Origin: Candidatus Uhrbacteria bacterium RIFOXYB12_FULL_58_10
GTDB taxonomy: Bacteria; Patescibacteriota; Patescibacteriia; UBA9934; GWF2-40-263
Reading direction: 5' to 3'
NCBI GenBank assembly: GCA_943354165.1
Contig: CALRBH010000001.1
Location: forward strand, 80,828-144,827
Length of the DNA stretch: 64,000 bases
Shown here: positions 8,060 through 15,978 of the stretch, in pieces
Numbering within the stretch: position 1 is the first letter of the stretch
How the letters are laid out: the number at the start of each line of letters is the position of its first letter
Made by a program: the position numbers and the translations under genes
Notes under the pieces: generated by a model
Databases searched by the model: none
Told to the model about the DNA's origin: nothing
The model's input: the letters and a program-made list of their open reading frames with translations, nothing else

Positions 8060-8764
8060 ATGTCACGAGTTGAAAAAAACGCTCCCGTACAAGATGAGCT
8101 GCGCGCCATGCGCGGAGAGATGCTTGAAACTGTGAAAGTGAGTGGACGCGGGGTGGGGAAGAAGACGGGTTGCGCGATCATTCTCCTTCTTGTGCTGATG
8201 GCGTTTGGTCTTTGGATCCTGGTTCTTTTCGCTCGCACAGGACTCATAACGATTCCAGGTATTTCTCCAATCGTATTTACGGCTCCGGCTCCTGACCATC
8301 AGGTTGCCCCGGGGATCCTGATGGAAGAGAGCATTTCGCAGCAGTTGTCACAGGCCTCCACTTCGACAGCTATCGCGCTGCGCATGTCCGAGGAGTCACT
8401 TACCGCCTCCGTACGCCGAGTGCTGGCGGGATCGAACGTGAATTTCATCGATGCCGAAAAGACGCAGGTCATTGTGGAGACAGACGGTATCGAGATCTTC
8501 ATTCCCGTTGAAGGGAAGGATACGGCGGTCATGGTGCGTTTGCTTCCAGAGATCGAGAACGGTGCGTTTACGCTTTCGATCCGGGGCGTCGATGTCGGGA
8601 CGCTTGCTCTGCCGGGGGTGATTGTGGACTCCATGCTGCGTCCGGCCTTCGATGCGTCGGTGGACGAATTCAATCGAGAACTTGCCAAGCACGTTCTTCT
8701 TGAACAGATCCGTCTCGAGTCAGGCTCCCTTAGTATTTCAGGAACGCGATTCATTCCGCAGTAA
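8060..8764 (+). CDS. hypothetical single-pass membrane protein
   Basis: 234 aa; TM AIILLLVLMAFGLWILVLF; tightly linked to neighbours. Confidence 0.5.
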   Translation: MSRVEKNAPVQDELRAMRGEMLETVKVSGRGVGKKTGCAIILLLVLMAFGLWILVLFARTGLITIPGISPIVFTAPAPDHQVAPGILMEESISQQLSQASTSTAIALRMSEESLTASVRRVLAGSNVNFIDAEKTQVIVETDGIEIFIPVEGKDTAVMVRLLPEIENGAFTLSIRGVDVGTLALPGVIVDSMLRPAFDASVDEFNRELAKHVLLEQIRLESGSLSISGTRFIPQ

Positions 8765-8767
8765 TAC

Positions 8768-9532
8768 ATGGTCATCATCCACCGAGCCACTCCGTTTGCG
8801 ATAGGGCTTGTGACCGCGCTGCTTTTTACCGCGGTGCTGTTGGGTTGGCTTCCGGTGGCTATCGGATTTCCATTGCTTCTTCTTCTGCCGTTCTTGCTGT
8901 TCTCGCGTTTATGCCAGTGGAGCGGGCGTACGTTTCAATTTTGGTATTTCGTGGGGACGCCCGTCGTGTTCCTCCTCTCCTCCATCGGATTCCTCCTGCT
9001 GCTTGAAGACTCCGTGAGCCGGTGGGCGCTTGCTGGGCTTGCGGCCTCGCTTCTATTTGTCTTTGGTGAATTGGTTTTCGTTTACTTACACCTGCCAGCT
9101 TCCTATCAGCCGTATTCCATCGAACATCTTTCCCTGCCGATGAACATCCTCTCGGTTTTTTTTCTTTCTGCGACGTTTTTCGGGACGAACCTGTTTTTGC
9201 AGCTCCCGCTCCCGCTCCTCTCCATCGCCTTCGCATTAGTGGTAATGTTCCTGGTGTTCGGGACGCTGTGGGTAAGTAAGGTGTCATTCACACAGGCGAT
9301 GCCCTATGCGCTTGCCGGCACCTTGCTCGCCACTCAGCTGTTCGCCGTGCTTACGTACCTGCCGACAGGGTATTATACGAATGCGGCGCTTCTCGCCTTA
9401 TACTTTTACCTCTTTTTAGGATGCACACGCGCCCAATCGCTCGCCCGGCTTTCCAAAGATGTGGTTAAGAGATATGTCATCTTCGGGGCGCTGCTCGGAG
9501 CGGTGATCTTAGGGAGCGCGCGCTGGATTTAA
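8768..9532 (+). CDS. hypothetical polytopic membrane protein
   Basis: 254 aa, ~7 hydrophobic helices. Confidence 0.5.
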   Translation: MVIIHRATPFAIGLVTALLFTAVLLGWLPVAIGFPLLLLLPFLLFSRLCQWSGRTFQFWYFVGTPVVFLLSSIGFLLLLEDSVSRWALAGLAASLLFVFGELVFVYLHLPASYQPYSIEHLSLPMNILSVFFLSATFFGTNLFLQLPLPLLSIAFALVVMFLVFGTLWVSKVSFTQAMPYALAGTLLATQLFAVLTYLPTGYYTNAALLALYFYLFLGCTRAQSLARLSKDVVKRYVIFGALLGAVILGSARWI

Positions 9533-9539
9533 CCTTCAT

Positions 9540-10574
9540 ATGTCTACATCGTTTCGACCTCCCATCTCCTGGTTGCTGCTCTGTCTGTTCATTGGGGCCG
9601 CAAGTGGAATCACCGGCGTTTCCATCGCGGTGTATTCTTTTTCCAAGTATGCGCAAACCTTGGAGGAACTTTCTCTTCCGTTGCGGTTAGGGGATGAACG
9701 CCCGGCTCCCGTGACGGTGTCGAAAACGATCGACGCGCTCATGAGTTCGGTCTCCGGATCCGTTGTGCCGCTTTTTGTCTCTGATCGTGCGATGGACCGC
9801 GCGGATTCGGCGGTGGCTTCAGGTGTCGCCCTCACAAGTGATGGGTGGGTGCTGACGTCCGGGAGCGTGGAGGTGAGCCGCGGAAGGGCGTTCATAAAAA
9901 ATACCTCCTATGCCGTGGACCGCGTGGTGCGCGACCCGGCAACCGGATCGGCTTTTATTCATATTGCCGCCGATGGACTTCCGGTGGCGACATTCGGATC
10001 CGGCACTTCGCTGTCTCCTGGATCAGACGTCTATCTCGTTCCCGTGAGCGATCATCTTGTTCGCCGCACCTTGGTGGCCGTGGATCCTGGGGAGGCTTAC
10101 GATCACTCGTGGGACGTCTCCCAGAAACGATTAGTGTTAGATGCCGCCGCAAATGTTCCGCCTGGGACTCCCGTGTTTGATGCGGCAGGGAAGCTGGTCG
10201 GCATCATGGCGGATGCTGTTCGCGCGGTTCCGATCGACACGATTCTTCCCGCCCTCTCTTCCTTGCTTAAAGACGGATCAATTCACCGCATCGTTCTTGG
10301 GGTAAGTGGCACGGATCTTTCTCGGGCGGCGCCTGCAAGCGGATCTTCCGCACGTGCTGGCCTCAAGGTGAGCGCCGTACGGCCAGGTTCAGTCGCGGCT
10401 ATCGCTGGCGTGCGGGCAGGGGACATTATTCTTGAGGTCGATGGGGAGGCGGTTGGACGCCGTACGCTCGACGAGCTCATTCTAGGATTCGCCCCAGGGG
10501 CACGCGTGCCCGTTTCCGTTGAACGCCCAGACGGTTCCGTCGCGGATCTCGAGATGATCCTCACGGACAAATAA
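9540..10574 (+). CDS. membrane-anchored HtrA-like (trypsin-fold) protein with C-terminal PDZ domain, probably catalytically degenerate
   Basis: N-terminal TM; trypsin-like core (TSDGWVLTSGSV..., GTPVFDAAGKLVGI in place of GNSGGP); PDZ GLKVSAVRPGSVAAIAGVRAGDIILEVDGEAV. Confidence 0.55.
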   Translation: MSTSFRPPISWLLLCLFIGAASGITGVSIAVYSFSKYAQTLEELSLPLRLGDERPAPVTVSKTIDALMSSVSGSVVPLFVSDRAMDRADSAVASGVALTSDGWVLTSGSVEVSRGRAFIKNTSYAVDRVVRDPATGSAFIHIAADGLPVATFGSGTSLSPGSDVYLVPVSDHLVRRTLVAVDPGEAYDHSWDVSQKRLVLDAAANVPPGTPVFDAAGKLVGIMADAVRAVPIDTILPALSSLLKDGSIHRIVLGVSGTDLSRAAPASGSSARAGLKVSAVRPGSVAAIAGVRAGDIILEVDGEAVGRRTLDELILGFAPGARVPVSVERPDGSVADLEMILTDK

Positions 10575-10590
10575 GGTATACTGCCCCCAT

Positions 10591-11232
10591 ATGTCACAGC
10601 CTTCGTACGGAGTCGTGCTTGCGAACCGATGGAAATCGCTCGCGGCGTTTACTCTCCTCGGTCTCGTTCTCTCCTTGCTGGTTTCGTTTATCCAGCCGCT
10701 CAAGTATTCCTCGACCGTTCGGCTTCTGGTACGTCAGGACATCGGTTCCTCAGATGCCTACACAGCCAGTCGGAGTGAGGAACGCATCGCGGAAAACCTT
10801 ACGAACATTCTTTATACCACCACGTTTTTTGACGATGTCTTGAACGCCGGGTTCACCATCGATGAACGGACGTTTCCGGCCGAGGATTACAAGCGACGCA
10901 AGGAATGGGGAAGGACGGTTTCCGCCACGGTGGCGCGCGGATCCGGCCTCATGACCGTCGTGGCCTATCATCCGGATGTGAAGCAGGCCGAGCAGATTGC
11001 CCGCGCCGTGGCGTTTGTCTTCACTCAGAAGGCCAAGGACTACACCAGTGCGGCCGGGGTGGACGTGCGGTTGATCGATGCGCCGTTGAATTCCAATTGG
11101 CCGGTGAAGCCTAATTTGCTCGCAAATGGTTTGTCCGGTCTGGTCCTGGGCGGTCTGTTTGGGGTGGCCTACCTGCTATTGCAGGCAGAGCGGATTCGCC
11201 GCCGCCATCAATTGGTTCACGAGGAATTTTAA
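10591..11232 (+). CDS. Wzz-like polysaccharide chain-length determinant (PCP family, short form)
   Basis: TM1 AAFTLLGLVLSLLVSF, Wzz-like N-region LKYSSTVRLLV, C-terminal TM LSGLVLGGLFGVAYLLL then RIRRR. Confidence 0.6.
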   Translation: MSQPSYGVVLANRWKSLAAFTLLGLVLSLLVSFIQPLKYSSTVRLLVRQDIGSSDAYTASRSEERIAENLTNILYTTTFFDDVLNAGFTIDERTFPAEDYKRRKEWGRTVSATVARGSGLMTVVAYHPDVKQAEQIARAVAFVFTQKAKDYTSAAGVDVRLIDAPLNSNWPVKPNLLANGLSGLVLGGLFGVAYLLLQAERIRRRHQLVHEEF

Positions 11233-11308
11233 AAACCCTATTCCGTTAGAGAACGGTCTGATATCATAGCGCGCGTCCCATCCCGGGACGCGCGTTTTTG
11301 GAGGAATC

Positions 11309-11890
11309 ATGCAGCTGATCAATGTGTATCTAGCGATGCTGCTCGCGGCGGCTCCGGTCGCAGCGCAGTACACAGAACTCGCTCCGTTTCTTGGAGTGGG
11401 GACAAGTTTCGTCAGCGTCCCGTTTGAGACTCAGATTGGTGCGCCGGAATGGCAGACAGGTGAAAGGAGCTTTACCGGAGGTGTTACTTTTTCTACCGGA
11501 ATTGATCACACCTTTGGACGACTCGGAGTTCATCTTGATTTCGGACCGCGCGCTACGTTCTTTCCAGAAGAAGGGATGATGATGGGGGTTTTGGTCACCG
11601 GCTGCGTGGACGCGCTTTTCCGTCCGACCCACCATCTGCTGATCGGTCCATCCTTCTGTGTCGAAACCCACGAACCGCTTTGGTACGGTGGGGAAGCGCA
11701 ACGTACGATTTATGGAATGGGCGGGGTTGGGCTGGTCGTTCCGTTCCTGTTGGGCGATGAGACCGAACTGGCTCCTCACGTCTTTCTCGGTATTGCGCCC
11801 GTCTCAGGCGAAGATTCGATGCGTCTTGTTCCGTCCGTTCTGTTAGGGATAGATCTGGAGGTCTTGTTTTCACCGGCATTCCATCCGTAA
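11309..11890 (+). CDS. hypothetical secreted beta-rich protein
   Basis: Signal peptide MQLINVYLAMLLAAAPVAAQ; Gly/aromatic-rich; no recognisable domain. Confidence 0.5.
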   Translation: MQLINVYLAMLLAAAPVAAQYTELAPFLGVGTSFVSVPFETQIGAPEWQTGERSFTGGVTFSTGIDHTFGRLGVHLDFGPRATFFPEEGMMMGVLVTGCVDALFRPTHHLLIGPSFCVETHEPLWYGGEAQRTIYGMGGVGLVVPFLLGDETELAPHVFLGIAPVSGEDSMRLVPSVLLGIDLEVLFSPAFHP

Positions 11891-12103
11891 GGCAAAGGCA
11901 ACCGTTGGAGGTCGTAGACCGCTCTTGGGGCGGTTTTATTCTATCTATAAGCAAAAAATCCACTGGGGCGGCTTGGCCTGGCAAGTCAGAGCGAGGAGGA
12001 GACGCCATGACCGCTGTACCAAGCCGACTCAACGGACTTTTGATGTGCGAACCCTATCAACCTGGCTGTGCGGGGTCAAGAAATTCGTGGCTGTCATGGG
12101 GGA

Positions 12104-12132
12104 TTGACAAAACGGCCAGTTTCTGTTATATT
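12104..12132 (+). promoter_or_regulatory. sigma70-type promoter TTGACA-N17-TATATT
   Basis: Perfect -35 and near-consensus -10 with 17-nt spacer; the transcript would carry a ~310-nt leader to the ATG at 12446. Confidence 0.5.
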
Positions 12133-12445
12133 GCCGGGTCGATCGATCACTCAAATAGCCAATACATCACGCCAAACCGCGCGATTTCAGGCGGTTCGGC
12201 AGAGCACATAGCATCTCCTCCTTGCTATGGGCGCTGTCGGACCACTCGAGTTCACGCGGCCAGCGCGCAGACGCCCTTATCCACAGGGACCCTGCGCGCT
12301 GGTCACGTTGGACCCAATGGTCCTTACAAACGTGTCCTTACAGAGTACCAGCCGTAGGAAGAACGAGCCCAAGGCATTCCGCCAAAAAGCTCACCCTCTT
12401 CCGCGCGCTGTGCCGGAAGGAGAACAAATGCAACAGGAGAGTCCC

Positions 12446-13540
12446 ATGAAAACGAGCATCGTTTCCGTGTTCATCATCACTATGATCGGCTTCGCCTTCC
12501 CGGCCTTTGCGGACGTCTCGTCCACGGATGCCGGCGTCGCCGCGGCACCGGTCCTGTTCGATGAGATCCCCGACATGTGCCTCGCTGACTGCACGCAGGC
12601 CTATCAAACGGCCAACGACGCGTGCCTCAAGCAGTTCAACAACTGCGTGACCGAAGAGCAGGTCCGCGTGGACCCGCCCAAGGTCACTCCCGAGAAGTCC
12701 AAGAAGCCCAAGGCTCCGGAGGCCCCCAAGGCCTCGAAGCAAAAGGTGGAGAACTTCCGGGAGGCGCTCAAGGAACTCGAAAAGCGCACGGAGGACGGGT
12801 TCACCTCCAATGACGAGAAGCTCAAGAAGGTCAAAGAGACCATCAAGCTTCTCGACGATCGCGTCGGCAAGGTCGAAGACCGTGTCGGCAAGGTCGAAGA
12901 GGTCATCAAGAATCTTGTAGGTCGAGCCGACAAGGTCGGCGTCATGGGAATTATTGGGTTCGAAGCCTGCCTGGGCTCCACCCGCCAGGTGGACCTCACC
13001 GATCTGCGGCAGATCGATCAGAATGGGAATAACGTCGGCAACGACGGCACGCTCAAACTGCAAGATCCGGGCGCGGCATGCGTTCGTCCTGTGCTCGGGT
13101 TCGGTCTCCAAAACAAATACATGGTGCTGAAGATCTCGGGCAGCCCGTTTGGCGTCACCTTTGGCTCCGCGCAGGCGTCCAATGGAGATCCCTCGCAGGT
13201 CATCGGCTACGCTCCCAGCGTCGCCGGCGAGTTCCTGGGCTTCGTGACTCCCGACCTCGCGCTTGGAGTGTACGGCCAGTACATGTTCAACAAGGTTGGT
13301 GCACTGCCCAGTGGGAAAGCCTCGCTGGACGCGCAGACCTTCACAGGCGGCCTCGCGGCGGACTGGACCTTCCTGCGATTCGGATCGACGGCGCTCGCGC
13401 TCTCGGCTCGCGTCGGCGGCGGGTACGGTCATCTGTCGACTCGGCTCCCGACCGGCAAGGACAAGTGGTGGCCCGCGCTCGCGCTCGACGGCCAAGCCGG
13501 TGTGACCATGCGGTTCAACCCCTTCCAGGCCGCGGAATGA
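12446..13540 (+). CDS. hypothetical secreted protein: signal peptide, 4-Cys segment, Lys/Pro linker, coiled coil, C-terminal beta-rich domain
   Basis: Start at ATG 12446 behind an AGGAGA RBS (the track ORF 12227 is a GC-driven extension); MKTSIVSVFIITMIGFAFPAFA signal peptide; DRVGKVEDRVGKVEEV heptads. Confidence 0.6.
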   Translation: MKTSIVSVFIITMIGFAFPAFADVSSTDAGVAAAPVLFDEIPDMCLADCTQAYQTANDACLKQFNNCVTEEQVRVDPPKVTPEKSKKPKAPEAPKASKQKVENFREALKELEKRTEDGFTSNDEKLKKVKETIKLLDDRVGKVEDRVGKVEEVIKNLVGRADKVGVMGIIGFEACLGSTRQVDLTDLRQIDQNGNNVGNDGTLKLQDPGAACVRPVLGFGLQNKYMVLKISGSPFGVTFGSAQASNGDPSQVIGYAPSVAGEFLGFVTPDLALGVYGQYMFNKVGALPSGKASLDAQTFTGGLAADWTFLRFGSTALALSARVGGGYGHLSTRLPTGKDKWWPALALDGQAGVTMRFNPFQAAE

Positions 13541-13731
13541 AGTAGGACACGACTACGGTGTGGGGAGGGAGCAGGATTTAATCCTGTCTCTCTCCCCACA
13601 TTCTCTCTCTAAAGCCAGATACGTATGCGGACGAATTTTTCGCCCGCAGACGACCCCGGCTTTCCCGCCTCGTAGGAGGCAAGCCATCCGCCTCTCAAGA
13701 GGCTTGTCAGCAACCCCAGCAGGAGACAGAC

Positions 13732-14760
13732 ATGAACAACGTCAGCAAGTTCCTTTTCATCGCGGCCCTCGTGGCCATCACCTTCAACACGGTCGGCTGC
13801 GAGCCGGCCCAGGCGTCTGGCGCAAACGTCGTCGTGGACGGCGCCGCTGAATGCGAGAACAACGTCGATTGCACTGGCGATGAGGTCTGCACCGACGCAA
13901 CGTGCGTCGATCCCGACACCATCGAGTGCCGTCTCAACAGCGACTGCAACGACGACGACAAGGTCTGCACCGACGCGAAGTGCGTCGACAAGGACCCCCC
14001 GTCCAACGTCGGCTGCACGAACAACGACGGCTGCGAGTTCGACGAGGTGTGCACCAACGGCACCTGCGAAGAGCTCGATTGTGAAGTTGACGAGTGCGCG
14101 GCGGACCACGAGTGCGTGGACCTCCCGCCGGTCAGCGACTGCACGCTCAACAGCGCGTGCGGCGACGCCCAGCAGTGCACCAACGGCCAGTGCGTCAACA
14201 CGTCTTGTCCCTCGGGTCAGCACGCGGTGAACCACAATGAGTGCGTGAACGACACGCCCTCCGGCCAATGCACGCTGAACTCGCAATGCAGCAACGGCCA
14301 GGTGTGCACGAACGGTCAGTGCGTCGGCGGCAACCCGGTCAATCCCGGACCCACGCGCACGGAGCGGTTGTGCCAGAACGCCCCCTCGGGCAAGACGGTG
14401 AACGGTGACCTTACGGGTCGTTCGTTCGCCACCGACGGTGTCACGCTCTTGCAGAGCTCGTTCGCGAACGTCGCAGTGAATGCGGCGCGAACGCAGATCT
14501 GCGGTGACATCACGGTCCAGACCGGCGGGTTCCTTGAACACAACGTCACGTTCATCCCCACCGGCTTCACGGGATACGTGGCGTTCAACCAGAACTCGCA
14601 GAGCTGCCAGATCACGGCGGGTGCGTCATCGGCTCTCGGTGCGCGCTCCTTGTCCCCGGTCGCGATCCCGTGGCACTGTTCCGGACTGGGCTCGTGCAGC
14701 AACGCTGTGCCCGCAAGCAACGAAGGTTGCGATGCGCGCAGCAGCGTCCCGGCTCCTTAG
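13732..14760 (+). CDS. secreted Cys-rich repeat protein (C-x-D/N-x-D-C-T-N-G-x-C modules), possible lipoprotein
   Basis: Signal peptide ending ...NTVGC; >40 Cys in short D/N-rich repeats (CTDATCVD, CTNGQCV); AGGAGA RBS. Confidence 0.65.
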   Translation: MNNVSKFLFIAALVAITFNTVGCEPAQASGANVVVDGAAECENNVDCTGDEVCTDATCVDPDTIECRLNSDCNDDDKVCTDAKCVDKDPPSNVGCTNNDGCEFDEVCTNGTCEELDCEVDECAADHECVDLPPVSDCTLNSACGDAQQCTNGQCVNTSCPSGQHAVNHNECVNDTPSGQCTLNSQCSNGQVCTNGQCVGGNPVNPGPTRTERLCQNAPSGKTVNGDLTGRSFATDGVTLLQSSFANVAVNAARTQICGDITVQTGGFLEHNVTFIPTGFTGYVAFNQNSQSCQITAGASSALGARSLSPVAIPWHCSGLGSCSNAVPASNEGCDARSSVPAP

Positions 14761-14776
14761 CTGGAAGTACGATACT

Positions 14777-14816
14777 AACCCCCATCACATCTGTGAGTGG
14801 GGGTTTCGTCTTTTCT
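14777..14816 (+). terminator. rho-independent terminator
   Basis: AACCCCCA-tcacatctgtgag-TGGGGGTT followed by TCGTCTTTTCT. Confidence 0.65.
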
Positions 14817-14832
14817 GGAGCCGCATGTTCGA

Positions 14833-14861
14833 TTGACAAAAGTCCTTTTTCTTGGTAGAAA
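14833..14861 (+). promoter_or_regulatory. promoter TTGACA-N17-TAGAAA upstream of 14982 gene
   Basis: Same architecture and hexamers as 15784..15812. Confidence 0.45.
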
Positions 14862-14981
14862 AGAACGTTAGTATTTCACTAAGGATCGCGCGCTGATGTG
14901 GGTAGGGAATCCACACCAGGTCACGATCTTTAAACCCATACTTGTATCCTGCCGATCTGGGGCAGGGTACGGAGGTGATCC

Positions 14982-15758
14982 ATGCCGCGTTGGTTAAAAG
15001 CCTTGTTGCTGTCGTGTGTTCCGTTTGCCAAGTCCTGCAGCCTGCTCCTGCCCGCGACCGGATGCTCGCTCTGTGCCGTAGCATCCCAATGCTATGACGA
15101 CGTCGATTGCTCTCCGGGATCTGTGTGCGAGGAGGGGGCCTGTATTTCGAGCGGGACTACCATCGACGAGCCCGATGCCGGACCTGATCCTGGTGAAGGT
15201 GAAGGCGAGGGAGAGGGCGAAGGCGAGGGTGAAGGAGAGGGAGAAGGAGAAGGTGAGGGTGAAGGAGAACCTGATGAGGATGGGGATGGAAATCCCAATT
15301 CTACGGACCCTGCGGTGTTGCGTGATACGAATGCCAACACCAGACCAGATACTCTGTGTATCCTTTCGAGCCAGGTGATGCCGGAGCCGTGGGCAAATGA
15401 TGACGTGTTCCTTCAAATCCAGGGAGGCAGCTTCAATGATTTCGACACCATGACGCTTGGTGCAGAGATCCAAATTGAGCAGTTTGGCCCTGGACTTGGT
15501 TGGTGTCCGGACCTGAGTGGGTTCCCAGATGGAGATTATTTTATCCGGTTCGTGGCTGTTGAGGGGATCGATCAGACTTCTCTGCAGAGCGGATATGTGT
15601 GTTCCAGGGCTGTCATCAGCGACTTTGATGCGGCCTGTACTGGGGCAAATCCCGACCTTCTTTGCGGGTTCCTCTCGCGACAGGATAACTGCGGTGGATT
15701 CGTGGGAAATCTTATTCACGTAACCGTCACTGCAGCCTTTGGGGTGGAACCTGGCTAG
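14982..15758 (+). CDS. secreted protein with N-terminal Cys cluster and (Gly-Glu)16 acidic linker
   Basis: Signal peptide MPRWLKALLLSCVPFA; GEGEGEGEGEGE... stretch; C-terminal 6-Cys domain. Confidence 0.6.
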   Translation: MPRWLKALLLSCVPFAKSCSLLLPATGCSLCAVASQCYDDVDCSPGSVCEEGACISSGTTIDEPDAGPDPGEGEGEGEGEGEGEGEGEGEGEGEGEPDEDGDGNPNSTDPAVLRDTNANTRPDTLCILSSQVMPEPWANDDVFLQIQGGSFNDFDTMTLGAEIQIEQFGPGLGWCPDLSGFPDGDYFIRFVAVEGIDQTSLQSGYVCSRAVISDFDAACTGANPDLLCGFLSRQDNCGGFVGNLIHVTVTAAFGVEPG

Positions 15759-15783
15759 ACAGCACGTTTCTCTAAGCGAGCCT

Positions 15784-15812
15784 TGACAATATCGGTAAAA
15801 TCCGGTAGAAAT
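15784..15812 (+). promoter_or_regulatory. promoter TTGACA-N17-TAGAAA upstream of 15979 gene
   Basis: Identical hexamers and spacing to 14833..14861. Confidence 0.45.
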
Positions 15813-15978
15813 CAAGGTCCGTATTTTTCTTTATACCGTCCAATTTCGTGCTTTGTCTTCGGCATAGGAGGGTCGTGGACTGGGACATGAAACTTTCACA
15901 AGCGTGCTCGTACACGCATCCCCGTCCGCTACCAGTAGCGAGGAGACCAACCATGAAGCAGAGAAAGAGGAGGAGACC

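Noticed and set aside
12227-12445. Upstream in-frame extension of the 12446 gene.
   Set aside because: There is a strong AGGAGA RBS and a signal peptide begins exactly at 12446. The upstream part is the structured leader.
15190-15275. Short-period DNA repeat (ggtgaaggcgag...) that could be mistaken for a CRISPR-like or microsatellite array. The same kind of repeat occurs at 16155..16215.
   Set aside because: The period is 6 nt and lies in-frame inside CDSs, encoding (Gly-Glu)n linkers. There are no spacers and no direct repeats of CRISPR length.
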